The notes under the pieces were generated by a model, which was not told where the DNA came from, ran no database searches, and saw only the letters and a list, made by a program, of their open reading frames with translations. The translations under genes were made by a program, and so were the position numbers. A stretch of DNA of 64,000 bases, from positions 35,147 to 99,146 of the forward strand of contig JAFGOA010000223.1 of assembly GCA_016926735.1 (NCBI GenBank), in the 5' to 3' direction. Position 1 is the stretch's first letter. Each line of letters begins with the position of its first letter. The stretch is from Promethearchaeota archaeon. GTDB lineage: Archaea; Asgardarchaeota; Lokiarchaeia; Sigyniarchaeales; SOKP01. Shown here one piece after another: positions 40,674-51,407 of the stretch.

Positions 40674-42242
40674 ATGAGATTAATAGTAAAAAAAATAAAT
40701 TTTGAAACTGGTAATATGAAAGACGTTGTGCTTAACCATAATGATGCTGAAAAAATAGGACAAAAAGTTGGAGAACGTGTTATTATTCAAAATATAAATA
40801 CTAAAAACTTAAGTGAAAAATATTGGGTTGCTATATTAAAAATTTCATATTCAGATTCTATAGTAGCTCCAGGAGAAATAGGAATTTTTGCTGACACATT
40901 TAAAGATATAAAAAATTTAAAAGAAAATTCCAAAGTCTCAGTTTTAGCTGCTGAAGCACCTACATCATATAAAAATATCCAAAAAAAAATTAAAGGTTTT
41001 AAACTTAATTCTGATGAAATTCATAGTATTATAAAGGATGCAGTATCTGGGAAATTGTCACAAATAGAAATTGCATCATTTATTACTGGTATTTCTATTA
41101 ATAATATGGATTCTGATGAAATGACAGCATTAACATTAGCAGAAGGTAACAGTGGAAGAAAATTTGATTTTGGTCCGGAAGTCTATGACAAACATAGTAC
41201 ATAAAATTGCACTCTGTAATTTTAGCTAAAAGGTGGAGTTCCGGGTAATAAAGTAACACTTATAATCGTTCCAATAATTGCAGCTGCAGGATTAATTATT
41301 CCGAAAACAAGTACTCGTGCTATAACATCTCCTTCAGGTACAGCCGATTCAATGGAGGTTCTAGCGCCAATCTCTTTTAATTCAGAAGAAGTAAAAGAAT
41401 TTATCTCAAAAAGAGGAGCATGTATTATTTGGGGAGGTGCTTTAGATATAGCACCTGCAGATAATGTTTTTATAGAAGTTGAACGTCCACTTCATTTTGA
41501 TCCTATGGGTTTAATGATACCTTCAATTTTAGCTAAAAAACTTAGTATGGGTGTAAAAAACCTAGTATTAGATGTACCTATTGGTAAAGGAACAAAATTT
41601 CCTACACTTAAAGATGGACAAAATTTTGCTCTCATATTCAATCAAATTGCCAAAAATATTGGTATTCATAGTGAGTGTGCTTTAACCTTAGCTCATCAAC
41701 CTGTGGGTCACTGTGTTGGACCGGCAATTGAAGCTCAAGAAGCAATTTCTCTTCTGAGGGACTATAAAGTAGGACCTAATTCTTTAATAGAAAAATCAAC
41801 TTCATTAGCAGGTATTCTTTTAGAGATGGCAGGAAAAGCTAAAAATGGAGAAGGACAATTATTAGCTAAAGATATCTTAAAATCAGGGAAAGCTTATACA
41901 AAAATGAAAGAAATTATTGAAATGCAAGGTGGTAATCCTAATATTTTGCCAGAAGATATAGAATTAGGTCCATATAAACTTGATATCTATGCTCAAAAAT
42001 CAGGTCATATCACTCAAGTGGATAATGCTTTAATTAATCAAATTGCAAAAGCAGCAGGCTGCCCCTATTCTAAAACTTCAGGAGTTAGAATTTATAAAAA
42101 ACAAGGTGCTAAAATAAATAAAGGTGATATTATTTTTACAATCTATTCTAATACTGAAAATAAGTTAAAAAGAGCTGAAAAATTATACAATAGTTCTGGA
42201 GGGCCTATTATATTAGGAGGAATGCTCATAGAACGTATTTAA
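40674..42242 (+). CDS. deoA: AMP phosphorylase (thymidine phosphorylase family) in two exons (40674-41200, 41231-42242), 512 aa after splicing
   Basis: DKHST|GGVPGNK, PKTSTRAITSPSGTADSMEVL, SILAKKL; both track ORFs share one frame, interrupted by a 30-nt insertion with three stops. Confidence 0.92.
41201..41230 (+). other. Candidate 30-nt BHB intron in AMP phosphorylase
   Basis: UAGU-AC^A-UAAAAUUGC ACUCU GUAAUUUUA-GCUA-AA^A; splicing gives CAU AGU ACA GGU GGA (HSTGG). Confidence 0.87.
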
Positions 42243-42263
42243 TAAGTATTTTTTTTAATTTTT

Positions 42264-44021
42264 CTATTGTGTTTTGTATAATTGGATGATTTCATTTACA
42301 GTAGTAATATCTTTTACTGATTTATCTGGTCTGAATCGTTGAAATACAGGAAACCTCATTGAATATCCTAATGTAGAGAATTTTTCACTTATTGTAATTT
42401 CATCTCCAATTATTTCTATTACAATTTCAGGAGAAAACCAAATATCTGGTTTTTCTTCACATATTATGTTTTTGAGTTTATTTTGAGTTTTATATTCTTT
42501 CATTTGATTTGTTAAATCTTCAAGTTGTTCATCTGTTAATCCTGAAGCAAACCTAGTGAAAGCTATAAATTGATCTTTTTCAGTATCATAAACCGCTCCT
42601 ATATATGTACCATAAACTCCACTCCTTCGGCCTCTTCCAAAATATGCTCCAATGAGGACAATATCAATTGAATCTTTAAGTTTTCCCCCTTCTAACGCCT
42701 TCAATTTTATCCAAGAAAACCCTCTATTACCTGCTTGATAGAATGAATCTTCTTTAATAGATTTAGCAATTATTCCTTCAGTACCATTCTTTCTTGCTTC
42801 ATTAAAGAAATCTTTTAATTGTTCAGTAGAACTAATTGTTCTTGCCTTCACTAATTTTAGTTCATCCTTAACTATTACTATCTTTTCTAATTGTTTCCGT
42901 CGCTCTGGTAATGTCTTATAAATATAATCTTCTTCTTCATGTTTTAATATATCAAATAAAAATAAACAAACTGGGACTTCTTTTTTTATATCTTCTATAT
43001 CATATTTTCGTCTTCTTTTACTTAATACTTGGAATGGAAGCATTTTTTCATAGAAAGCATCCATTGCTACTACTTCTCCTTCCAAAATAACATTATTTGA
43101 TTTTATATTATCGATAATAACCTTACATACATCAGGATATTGATCTGATACATTTAGTAATCTTCTAGAGAATAATTTTACAATATCAGATTGTTTGTGA
43201 ATTTGTAGTCTTTCTCCATCTAATTTATACTCTGCTGTAAATGGAATTCCTAATTTTTCAATTATTTCTAAGAAGGGTACGCGAGAAGCTAACATAACTC
43301 TTATTGGAATTCCATATGAAATTTTTATATCCTTTAGTTTTTTAATTCCATTTTTTACCAAATCAATACTTATTTCACCTAAATCGGGATGGAGATTATA
43401 AGTGTGCTCAATAATATCTCGATTTTCTTTTTTATCTGTAATCCCAATAGCTAAACCGTCTATGATTGTTTGAGTTGAAACACCTATACGTAAAGTTGAC
43501 GTTATAATACGAAGTAAATATTTCGTTTCTAAAGGAGTTAATTTTCTGAATAAACCTCGTAAAATTCCTAATTTTGTATCATGAGAACCACTTCCTTCTG
43601 TTATTGCAATTTTGCTAAGTTCTGAATATAATTCTGAAATTTCTATTGAGGGTTGGTTTTTTTCATTATTTTTATCAAAGTCCATTAAAGATTTTTGTTT
43701 TTTCTTTTGAGAAAGCAAAATTTCTGCTGTTAATCCTATATCTCCCTTTTTAATTAGAATTTCTCTAATTTTATTTTTATTCATTCCTGAATGAAGAGAT
43801 AAAGCTTCAATAAGCATCTTTTCTGCGATTCCCATTTTTTTAGATTGTTGGATGTTTGAAACCAGTTGTCCATGCAAAAGATATATGATTTTATCAAGAT
43901 CATTGAAATTTTTACTAATCTTAATTTCTCTGAAAAAATTTGATAATATATCTATCATTTCAAGTCTTTTAGATGTATTTTCTAGAGTAGAAAATAACTC
44001 AGCTAATATTTTGAACTTCAT
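42264..44021 (-). CDS. lig: ATP-dependent DNA ligase
   Basis: EYKLDGER, LEGE, EGIIAK, WIKLK, MRFPVF. Confidence 0.97.
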   Translation of the reverse strand: MKFKILAELFSTLENTSKRLEMIDILSNFFREIKISKNFNDLDKIIYLLHGQLVSNIQQSKKMGIAEKMLIEALSLHSGMNKNKIREILIKKGDIGLTAEILLSQKKKQKSLMDFDKNNEKNQPSIEISELYSELSKIAITEGSGSHDTKLGILRGLFRKLTPLETKYLLRIITSTLRIGVSTQTIIDGLAIGITDKKENRDIIEHTYNLHPDLGEISIDLVKNGIKKLKDIKISYGIPIRVMLASRVPFLEIIEKLGIPFTAEYKLDGERLQIHKQSDIVKLFSRRLLNVSDQYPDVCKVIIDNIKSNNVILEGEVVAMDAFYEKMLPFQVLSKRRRKYDIEDIKKEVPVCLFLFDILKHEEEDYIYKTLPERRKQLEKIVIVKDELKLVKARTISSTEQLKDFFNEARKNGTEGIIAKSIKEDSFYQAGNRGFSWIKLKALEGGKLKDSIDIVLIGAYFGRGRRSGVYGTYIGAVYDTEKDQFIAFTRFASGLTDEQLEDLTNQMKEYKTQNKLKNIICEEKPDIWFSPEIVIEIIGDEITISEKFSTLGYSMRFPVFQRFRPDKSVKDITTVNEIIQLYKTQ

Positions 44022-44088
44022 TACGCATATTGAAATAATTAATGAAAATAAAAATGTATTGTTATTTTAAAAAAAAAAGAATAAAAAA

Positions 44089-44922
44089 TTATTTTAAAAG
44101 TTTGTTTAAATCCACAAATTTCTTTTGAATTGCATTTTTAATATTAGTTGATATTCCTGAGAAAGAATTTGAACTAAATTTTATTCTATCTTCCGTAATG
44201 GAGAAACTACAGATTGGACCATCCATCATTTCTACAGAATAAGATCCATCATCTTTCTTACTTATCCATATATCAGAATAATGATCTAATATCGATATTA
44301 TTACAAAAGAAACTTTTGCTTTTATAGAATCATCTTCACTAATAGATGGAGTTGCTGTTTTTTTTGCTTCTTCTATAGGTCCTGGGTGTACTACTGGTTT
44401 AGGAAGCGATTTTTTAATTAGTTCAGGTGACGCTTGAGACATTATTTCAGGTTTTAAATTTATTTTTGGTTCAGGTTTAGCTGCCGGTTTTGGCTCTTTT
44501 TTAGTACTTGATGCTGTGATCGGCTTGGTTACGGAAGTTCCCCCTGATAAATCAAAATTAACTATAAAATTATCTAACTTCTTATGTTTTTTTTCTAATA
44601 CTTGCTGTAATTCATCATTTAACTCCGTATCTAAAGGAACTCTTTTTACTTTCCGAGCATCTATCTCTTTAAGTTCTTTAATGTCTCTTCCGATAATACT
44701 TTTTCCAATTGTATAACCATGCCCTTTTAATGATTCTGCTTGCCTAAGCGCAGTCCTTCTAGCAACCAAACCTTGTTTTGCTCCATGCCAGAGATATAAA
44801 GACATTTGAGATTCATCTAAAACTATAATAGATCGATCTGGTTGAAATTGATCCTTACTCCAATCAATAGGGTCTATAACTCCTCCTTCTAAAACATTAA
44901 ACATTATTCCAAATTGTACCAT
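44089..44922 (-). CDS. Gelsolin-domain protein (single gelsolin-like domain, Pro/Lys linker, C-terminal domain)
   Basis: SIIVLD...LYLWHG....LVARRTALRQA matches the gelsolin repeat core. Confidence 0.7.
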   Translation of the reverse strand: MVQFGIMFNVLEGGVIDPIDWSKDQFQPDRSIIVLDESQMSLYLWHGAKQGLVARRTALRQAESLKGHGYTIGKSIIGRDIKELKEIDARKVKRVPLDTELNDELQQVLEKKHKKLDNFIVNFDLSGGTSVTKPITASSTKKEPKPAAKPEPKINLKPEIMSQASPELIKKSLPKPVVHPGPIEEAKKTATPSISEDDSIKAKVSFVIISILDHYSDIWISKKDDGSYSVEMMDGPICSFSITEDRIKFSSNSFSGISTNIKNAIQKKFVDLNKLLK

Positions 44923-45081
44923 TTTCCAACAATATCTTCTTTTCTTTGATTATAAGATAATTTAATAAATACAATATATATCTCAATTATTTATTTTTTT
45001 TTAAAAAGTATATTTTTTTATGAATATAACCAATACTAAAATTATTCTGAAAATATAGAAATTGTATAAAAAGAAAAAAAA

Positions 45082-48000
45082 TTAAGAGACATAATTAGAG
45101 GCAACTAATAATGAATCGACTATATCAATAGAATTATCATTATTGACATCAGCAAGCTCTGGATATTTCATTCCAGAAGGATTTAATCCAACATAATATT
45201 GAGCAATTAAAAGTGCATCAATTATATCTACGATAGAATCTCCATTTACATCACCCATTTTGAGATCTCCATCTGAATATGTTATTTTATTGAGCATAAG
45301 ATTATCTGTTGTATCTGAACTTCCAGTAACAAATACAACTCCAAAATTATCAACATAGATACTTTCTCCCACCAGATTATCTGTAATAATTACTGAGGAC
45401 ATATAAATAGAAGTTACAATATTTGATTGATCATGGTTCTCAACAATATAGTTCCAAACAAAGTTGCCTGATGATCTAAATTTCAAGATCACGATTCCTG
45501 TATAAGAAGGAGGGGCTCCAATATTTCCAACTATATAAACATTCTCAAATAAATCTAATGCAATATCCCTTCCTTCTTGCCATCCTTCATCACCATATGT
45601 AACTGCCCACTTGAATTCTCCCTCTAAACCTAATTTTAAGAGAAAAATATCAGAAGATCCTTTACCATAACTTAGTGTTGAACCTGTGATATAAATACAT
45701 TTAGAAGAGTGTGCTAAAACAATACTTTCTCCTAAATCCTTCTTATTCCCTCCCCATAACATACTCCAAAGGTGATTTGCTTCTGAAGAATATTTCAACA
45801 CACAAATATCAGCATTTGCTGTACCTGTAATATAAATATTATCTAAATTATCAATAACAATATCATTCCCTTTATCATCTCCATCTGTCCCCCATGTAAT
45901 GTTCCATTCTATAAATCCCTCCGGATTTATCTTCAACAAACATATTTCCGTAGAAATCAAACCATAACTATTTGTAGAGCCAACAACATAAATATTATTA
46001 TTAGAATCTATTGCTACGCTGTTTCCCTCGTCATTATTATCTCCGCTCCATATAAATTCCCATATAAATTCTCCTTTTGAATTATATTTTAGCAGAAAGA
46101 TATTATTATCTCCTAAAGTATTAATTGTAGTACCTGTAACATATACATTTCCGTTTGAATCAAGAGCAACCCCTGTTGCGAATTCATAGCTTCCAGAATT
46201 CCAAATACATTCGAAAATAAGTGTTCCTACTATATTAAATTTTAGTAAATATACATCTGATTCACCTGTATTGAGATCAGTTACCATTCCTACAACATAA
46301 AGATTTCCAATATTATCAACATGTATGTCCATTCCAATATCATATTGTAAAAATGGTTCTAATATCGTGTTTACAAATGGAATATTTGGATGCTCAATCG
46401 GTATATTTTCCTCTGGAGGAGTAATCTTTATTTGAATGGCTTCACAATTTGATAATGACGACTTATAGATAGCATTTTCAGCTACAATTGCATAGTAAAA
46501 TCTTCCATCTGTAGTAAGTTCATCGATAAAAGATGTTTCTAATTGTGTTGTTAAAAGAATAACATTATTATCTATCTGTGTTATTGGAGATGTAGATCTA
46601 TATAATAGGTATTTTTCTGCTTCTGAAATATGATTCCAAGATAAATAGACTTTTCCATTAGTTGAAGGAAAAGGGACTATTGGATCTAATTTTGGCGCTT
46701 TTAAACCCAAGAATATTATTTCTATTGCTTGACAGTTTGATAGAAGAATACCATTTTCATTTGAGGTTGCTATTACATAATAATATGTTCCATCTTCAGA
46801 GATGTGATCAACAAATTCTAAATTCTTTATTGTAGATACTAATATTGTTTTTTCATTTATTTCTGTAATTGGAGAAGTATAACGATAAATTGTATAATTA
46901 TTTGTATTTAAAGCTTTTGTCCACTCTAAATGAATATTATTTGTTAGATTATTATATTGTATATTTTTAAGATAAGTTTTTCCTGGAGGAATGGGAATAT
47001 CAATTTTAATAGTTTGTATTCCTATTTCAAAGACTACAAACAGATAATCTCCTTTAATTTCAAGTTCTATAACACTTCCAGATGTCTCATATTTTCCCTT
47101 TAATTTAGGATTTTTAAGATCATTAATATCAAGATGAACCACACCATCTGCTAATTCTGCTATGTATAAATCATCACCGTCCACTTCTATGGAGACGCCT
47201 AAAAATATTGTATTATAATGACTAACAATATTAGGATCTATAGGATTTTTTATATCTAAAATATAAAGCTCTCGAGAATTTGTTGTAACAAAAGCATAAT
47301 CATCTTTAATTGTAATATATTCAATATAACCTAGACTTTCAAAATTACCAAGAAAATCAATATTTAAAGGGTCGCTTATATTGAAAATTAATAAATTTAA
47401 ATTATCAAGAACAAAGAGAATATTATCATAAATTTCAACATATCGAGCAACAGATCCGATATTGTGCTTTCCTATAATATACGGATTATAAACATTACTA
47501 ACATTTACTACAATTATTCCTGAAATATCGCAAGCAATATATGCGATGTTATCCTTTAATTTTAAATTCATTGCATATCCAGGTATTGTAAGATTCCCTA
47601 CTAAAACAGGATCGTAAGGATTACTAATATTCACACATTCTAATCCATTATTTCCACATGCAAGAAATGCTATGTCCTCATTTAATACAATACTTCTTGA
47701 AGATGTAGTAGATTTGTATACTCCTATTTTTACCAGATTCAAAGGATTTTTGATATCAAATATCGAGAGACCATAATCAGCTATATATGCTTTATCTTCT
47801 CGAATAACTATATCATATCCTCTGTTTTGAAGTCGACCAAAACCTTGAATCATGGATGGTTGAACATTAGTGATATCCACACATTCAATTCCAAATACAT
47901 GAGCTGTACTAGCATAACATATTTCTTTACTAATTGCTATCTCATAAATATTATTATCCTCTAATTTACAGGATCCAATACATATAGGATTTAATCTATC

Positions 48001-48870
48001 TGATATATTATAAAATCCGATTCCTCCACCAACATTTCCTAAATAGGCTATTTCATCTTGGATTTTAATATCGTCAATTCTTTCTGATAGTTCTATTTTA
48101 TTGATTTCATTTGGATTATACGGATCACTTATATTAAAAATTAAAATCTCATGATAAGAACATAGATATGCTATATCATCTTTAATATCCATGTTCCAAG
48201 TTCCGAATATATAAGAACTCCCTATAATCTCTGGTTTCCGTGGATTAGACACATTTATGCAATATATGCCCTCTCTTCCTGTAATATATACAATATTACC
48301 TTTTACTATCACATCTTTTACATTTGGAATATTTAATTGACTTAAAAATGTTGGATTATATAGATCAGAAATATTTACAATTGAAAATGCCTTACTTGAT
48401 CCACAATAAGCATAATTTCCATAGGCGACTACATTGCGTGTTTCATTAGGAATATAAACACGTCCTATTTCAATAGGATTCTCTAAATCGTTAAAATCAA
48501 CAATTGCCATATCTCTAGCATCAGATACAAAAATAATGTTATTAACAGCAAAAACATCGTAACAACTCCATTTTGTTGGAAAAAAATCTATTATGGTAGG
48601 ATTAGTCGGATCAACAACATCAATATAATAGATACCAGGAGTTGTAGCTACATATATTATATTATTAGAATATGTGATCCCATATCCACTTTCACTTAGA
48701 TTGAGTCTACCTATATTTCTATTAGATAATGCAAGAGATTTTATTTCCTCTTTTACAGGGATATTATCTTTATCTTCTGAGAAATTATTATTATTAACCA
48801 ATAAAAAAAGAAAAGAAGAACTTATCAAAAAAAAAAAAAGTAATATTCTTTCCATATCCTTTATTTTCAT
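45082..48870 (-). CDS. Large secreted protein: LVIVD repeats, two FN3-like domains, SBBP-like beta-propeller, C-terminal dockerin
   Basis: Signal/TM N-terminus; repeated IFNISDPYNP units; DSNGNVYVTG repeats; GDVNGDSIVDIIDAL...ADVNNDNSIDIVD. Confidence 0.85.
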   Translation of the reverse strand: MKIKDMERILLFFFLISSSFLFLLVNNNNFSEDKDNIPVKEEIKSLALSNRNIGRLNLSESGYGITYSNNIIYVATTPGIYYIDVVDPTNPTIIDFFPTKWSCYDVFAVNNIIFVSDARDMAIVDFNDLENPIEIGRVYIPNETRNVVAYGNYAYCGSSKAFSIVNISDLYNPTFLSQLNIPNVKDVIVKGNIVYITGREGIYCINVSNPRKPEIIGSSYIFGTWNMDIKDDIAYLCSYHEILIFNISDPYNPNEINKIELSERIDDIKIQDEIAYLGNVGGGIGFYNISDRLNPICIGSCKLEDNNIYEIAISKEICYASTAHVFGIECVDITNVQPSMIQGFGRLQNRGYDIVIREDKAYIADYGLSIFDIKNPLNLVKIGVYKSTTSSRSIVLNEDIAFLACGNNGLECVNISNPYDPVLVGNLTIPGYAMNLKLKDNIAYIACDISGIIVVNVSNVYNPYIIGKHNIGSVARYVEIYDNILFVLDNLNLLIFNISDPLNIDFLGNFESLGYIEYITIKDDYAFVTTNSRELYILDIKNPIDPNIVSHYNTIFLGVSIEVDGDDLYIAELADGVVHLDINDLKNPKLKGKYETSGSVIELEIKGDYLFVVFEIGIQTIKIDIPIPPGKTYLKNIQYNNLTNNIHLEWTKALNTNNYTIYRYTSPITEINEKTILVSTIKNLEFVDHISEDGTYYYVIATSNENGILLSNCQAIEIIFLGLKAPKLDPIVPFPSTNGKVYLSWNHISEAEKYLLYRSTSPITQIDNNVILLTTQLETSFIDELTTDGRFYYAIVAENAIYKSSLSNCEAIQIKITPPEENIPIEHPNIPFVNTILEPFLQYDIGMDIHVDNIGNLYVVGMVTDLNTGESDVYLLKFNIVGTLIFECIWNSGSYEFATGVALDSNGNVYVTGTTINTLGDNNIFLLKYNSKGEFIWEFIWSGDNNDEGNSVAIDSNNNIYVVGSTNSYGLISTEICLLKINPEGFIEWNITWGTDGDDKGNDIVIDNLDNIYITGTANADICVLKYSSEANHLWSMLWGGNKKDLGESIVLAHSSKCIYITGSTLSYGKGSSDIFLLKLGLEGEFKWAVTYGDEGWQEGRDIALDLFENVYIVGNIGAPPSYTGIVILKFRSSGNFVWNYIVENHDQSNIVTSIYMSSVIITDNLVGESIYVDNFGVVFVTGSSDTTDNLMLNKITYSDGDLKMGDVNGDSIVDIIDALLIAQYYVGLNPSGMKYPELADVNNDNSIDIVDSLLVASNYVS

Positions 48871-49016
48871 GATATTATCATTTTCTGAAAATTAAAATCA
48901 TCTTTTAAAAAGATCTAGTACAATATTGAAAGAAAAATCGAATATCAAAAATATAATAAATTTCATAATTGCTAATGAATTAATTTAATTGAAATATAAA
49001 AAAGGAATAACTCAAA

Positions 49017-50003
49017 ATGGAAAAAAAACAATTAAAATTAACAATTCCAAAAGGAAGTCTTCAAGAAGTGGTTACTTCATTTTTCAAACGTGCAGGATTA
49101 TATTTACAATTTTCTTCAAGTAGAGATTATCGTCCAAGTGTTAATGATTCTGAATTATATATTAAGTTGTTAAGACCACAAGAAATTCCTAATTATTTAA
49201 TTGGAGAAGATGAGTTTGATTTGGGTATTTCTGGTATAGATTGGGTAAAAGAAACAAATGCAGATGTCGAAAATATTTTAGATTTAGAGATCGGTGGTGT
49301 AAAAATAGTCTTTTGTGTTCCTAATAATTGGGAAGATATTACATCTCTTGATGATGTTCTTAAAAAATTCAATAATGATGGTAAAACTTTAAGGATTTCA
49401 ACAGAATATTTAACATTATCTTTAAATTATCTAAAAAATAATGCGACATATAAACAACTTTATGGTGATAAAGCCCCTATTGTAATAACTCCTTGGAGGA
49501 AATGGGGTGAAAATGAATTAATAAAAATATTCCTTTCTTTTGGCGCTACAGAAGCTAAACCGCCAGAAGAGGTTGATGTAATTATTGATAATACACAAAC
49601 GGGTTCAACATTAAGAGCTAATAATCTTAAAATTATTGAAGTTCTTGATACATCTACTGCTGTTCTAATTGCTAATAAAAATGCATTAAAAGATGCATGG
49701 AAACATGAGAAAATAAAAGATTTAAAAGTTCTCCTTATGGGAGTAATTGAAGCATCTAAAAAACTTCATATATTTATGAATGTTAAAAAAGAAAATCTGA
49801 ATATAGTTTTATCTAACCTTCCTGCATTAAAAAGACCCACTATCTCAAAATTAGCAGGTGATGATACAGAAGAATGGTGTGCAATTAATACTATTATTAA
49901 AAAGGATGAATTTATTAATTTAATTCCTGTTTTAAGAAAATACGCCCAAGGACTTGTTGTTCATGAACCAAGACAAATTTTACCTTTTGAGAAAATTAAA
50001 TAA
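49017..50003 (+). CDS. hisG: ATP phosphoribosyltransferase (long form)
   Basis: IPKGSL, LRPQEIP, GATE, QTGSTLRANNL, C-terminal regulatory domain. Confidence 0.95.
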   Translation: MEKKQLKLTIPKGSLQEVVTSFFKRAGLYLQFSSSRDYRPSVNDSELYIKLLRPQEIPNYLIGEDEFDLGISGIDWVKETNADVENILDLEIGGVKIVFCVPNNWEDITSLDDVLKKFNNDGKTLRISTEYLTLSLNYLKNNATYKQLYGDKAPIVITPWRKWGENELIKIFLSFGATEAKPPEEVDVIIDNTQTGSTLRANNLKIIEVLDTSTAVLIANKNALKDAWKHEKIKDLKVLLMGVIEASKKLHIFMNVKKENLNIVLSNLPALKRPTISKLAGDDTEEWCAINTIIKKDEFINLIPVLRKYAQGLVVHEPRQILPFEKIK

Positions 50004-50020
50004 TTTTGAGGTAATGTGAT

Positions 50021-51322
50021 TTGGAGGACTTAAGAGTTTTTAATTCAAAAGAAATTAATCGTAATTCACTAAAAGATCTTAAATCTCTATATGAAGTACA
50101 ATTTGAGAATATTGAAAATGATATAAAAAAAATTATTTTTGATGTCAAAAATGAAGGAGATAAAGCTTTAATACGGTATACAAAGAAATTTGATAATGTA
50201 AAATTAGATTTGGCGGATCTTAAAGTAAAAAAATCAGAAATTGATGATGCCTATAGTTCTATTGATGAAAAACTATTAAAAGCGATTCAATTTAGTAAAA
50301 GAAATCTGATTAAATTTCATACTGCTCAATTAAAAAAAGAATGGAATATAAATATTATTGAAGGAGTAAATGCTGGTCAAATTTATCGTTCTATAGATTC
50401 GGTTGGAATTTATGTTCCTGGAGGAAAAGCTATTTATCCTAGTACTGTGTTAATGGCTTGTGCACCAGCATCTGTCGTTGGAGTTGATAAAATAACAATA
50501 TGCTCTCCTCCCCAAAAAAATGGAAGCATTGCTCCTGAAATTCTTGTAGCTGCTAATGAATTCAATATAGAAAATATATGTAAAATAGGTGGAGCTCAAG
50601 CTATTGCTGCGATGGCTTACGGCACTGAAACAATTCTTCCTGTCCAAAAAGTTATTGGACCTGGTAATAAATGGGTAAATACAGCAAAACAATTATTATC
50701 TAAAATTATTGCTATAGATAATCCTGCTGGTCCTTCAGATATTTTAATAATTGCAGATAAGTATGCTAATTATGAATATGTAATTTTAGATTTTATATCT
50801 CAAATAGAACATGATCCTGATAATATCGGAATAATTGTTAGCGATTCTAATGAATTAATCAAATCTATAACCAGCAATATAAATTCTTTTATTGAAAAAG
50901 CTAAGAGAAAAGATATTATTAAAAAAGCTCTTAAAAATAGTTTTATAGTGAAAGCAGATAATCTTGATGATTGTATAAGAATCTCTAATTTAATAGCTCC
51001 AGAACATTTGGAAATTCAAACTAAAAATCCAAGAGAAATATTAGCAGAAATTTATAATGCAGGAGCAATATTTTTAGGTCAATACACTCCAGTTCCTCTT
51101 GGAGATTATTCAGCAGGAACAAATCATATATTACCGACTGGAGGTTATGCTAAAACATATTCAGGGCTAAACATATATGATTTCATAAAAATTATTGATG
51201 TACTCGAATGCACAGAACAAGGATTATATGAATTAAGTGATTCTGCTATTACATTTTCTAAATTCGAGAACCTTAATTCTCATGGGGATGCTATTAAAGG
51301 AAGATTAAAAGATAAAAAATAA
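50021..51322 (+). CDS. hisD: Histidinol dehydrogenase
   Basis: GIYVPGG, GPGNKWV, AGPSD, APEHL, GDYSAGTNHILPT. Confidence 0.97.
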   Translation: MEDLRVFNSKEINRNSLKDLKSLYEVQFENIENDIKKIIFDVKNEGDKALIRYTKKFDNVKLDLADLKVKKSEIDDAYSSIDEKLLKAIQFSKRNLIKFHTAQLKKEWNINIIEGVNAGQIYRSIDSVGIYVPGGKAIYPSTVLMACAPASVVGVDKITICSPPQKNGSIAPEILVAANEFNIENICKIGGAQAIAAMAYGTETILPVQKVIGPGNKWVNTAKQLLSKIIAIDNPAGPSDILIIADKYANYEYVILDFISQIEHDPDNIGIIVSDSNELIKSITSNINSFIEKAKRKDIIKKALKNSFIVKADNLDDCIRISNLIAPEHLEIQTKNPREILAEIYNAGAIFLGQYTPVPLGDYSAGTNHILPTGGYAKTYSGLNIYDFIKIIDVLECTEQGLYELSDSAITFSKFENLNSHGDAIKGRLKDKK

Positions 51323-51407
51323 AATGAATGTAAATTTTATTTTATTGATATTTCAACTAATTGAAACATGTAACTTTAAAATTCAAAATTAATATTTTTG
51401 ATAAATA

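Noticed and set aside
7024-41230. Treating the aldolase and AMP phosphorylase breaks as pseudogenisation or sequencing error
   Set aside because: The breaks are clean 30-32 nt structured insertions whose removal by one rule restores conserved motifs; the exons have no other lesions
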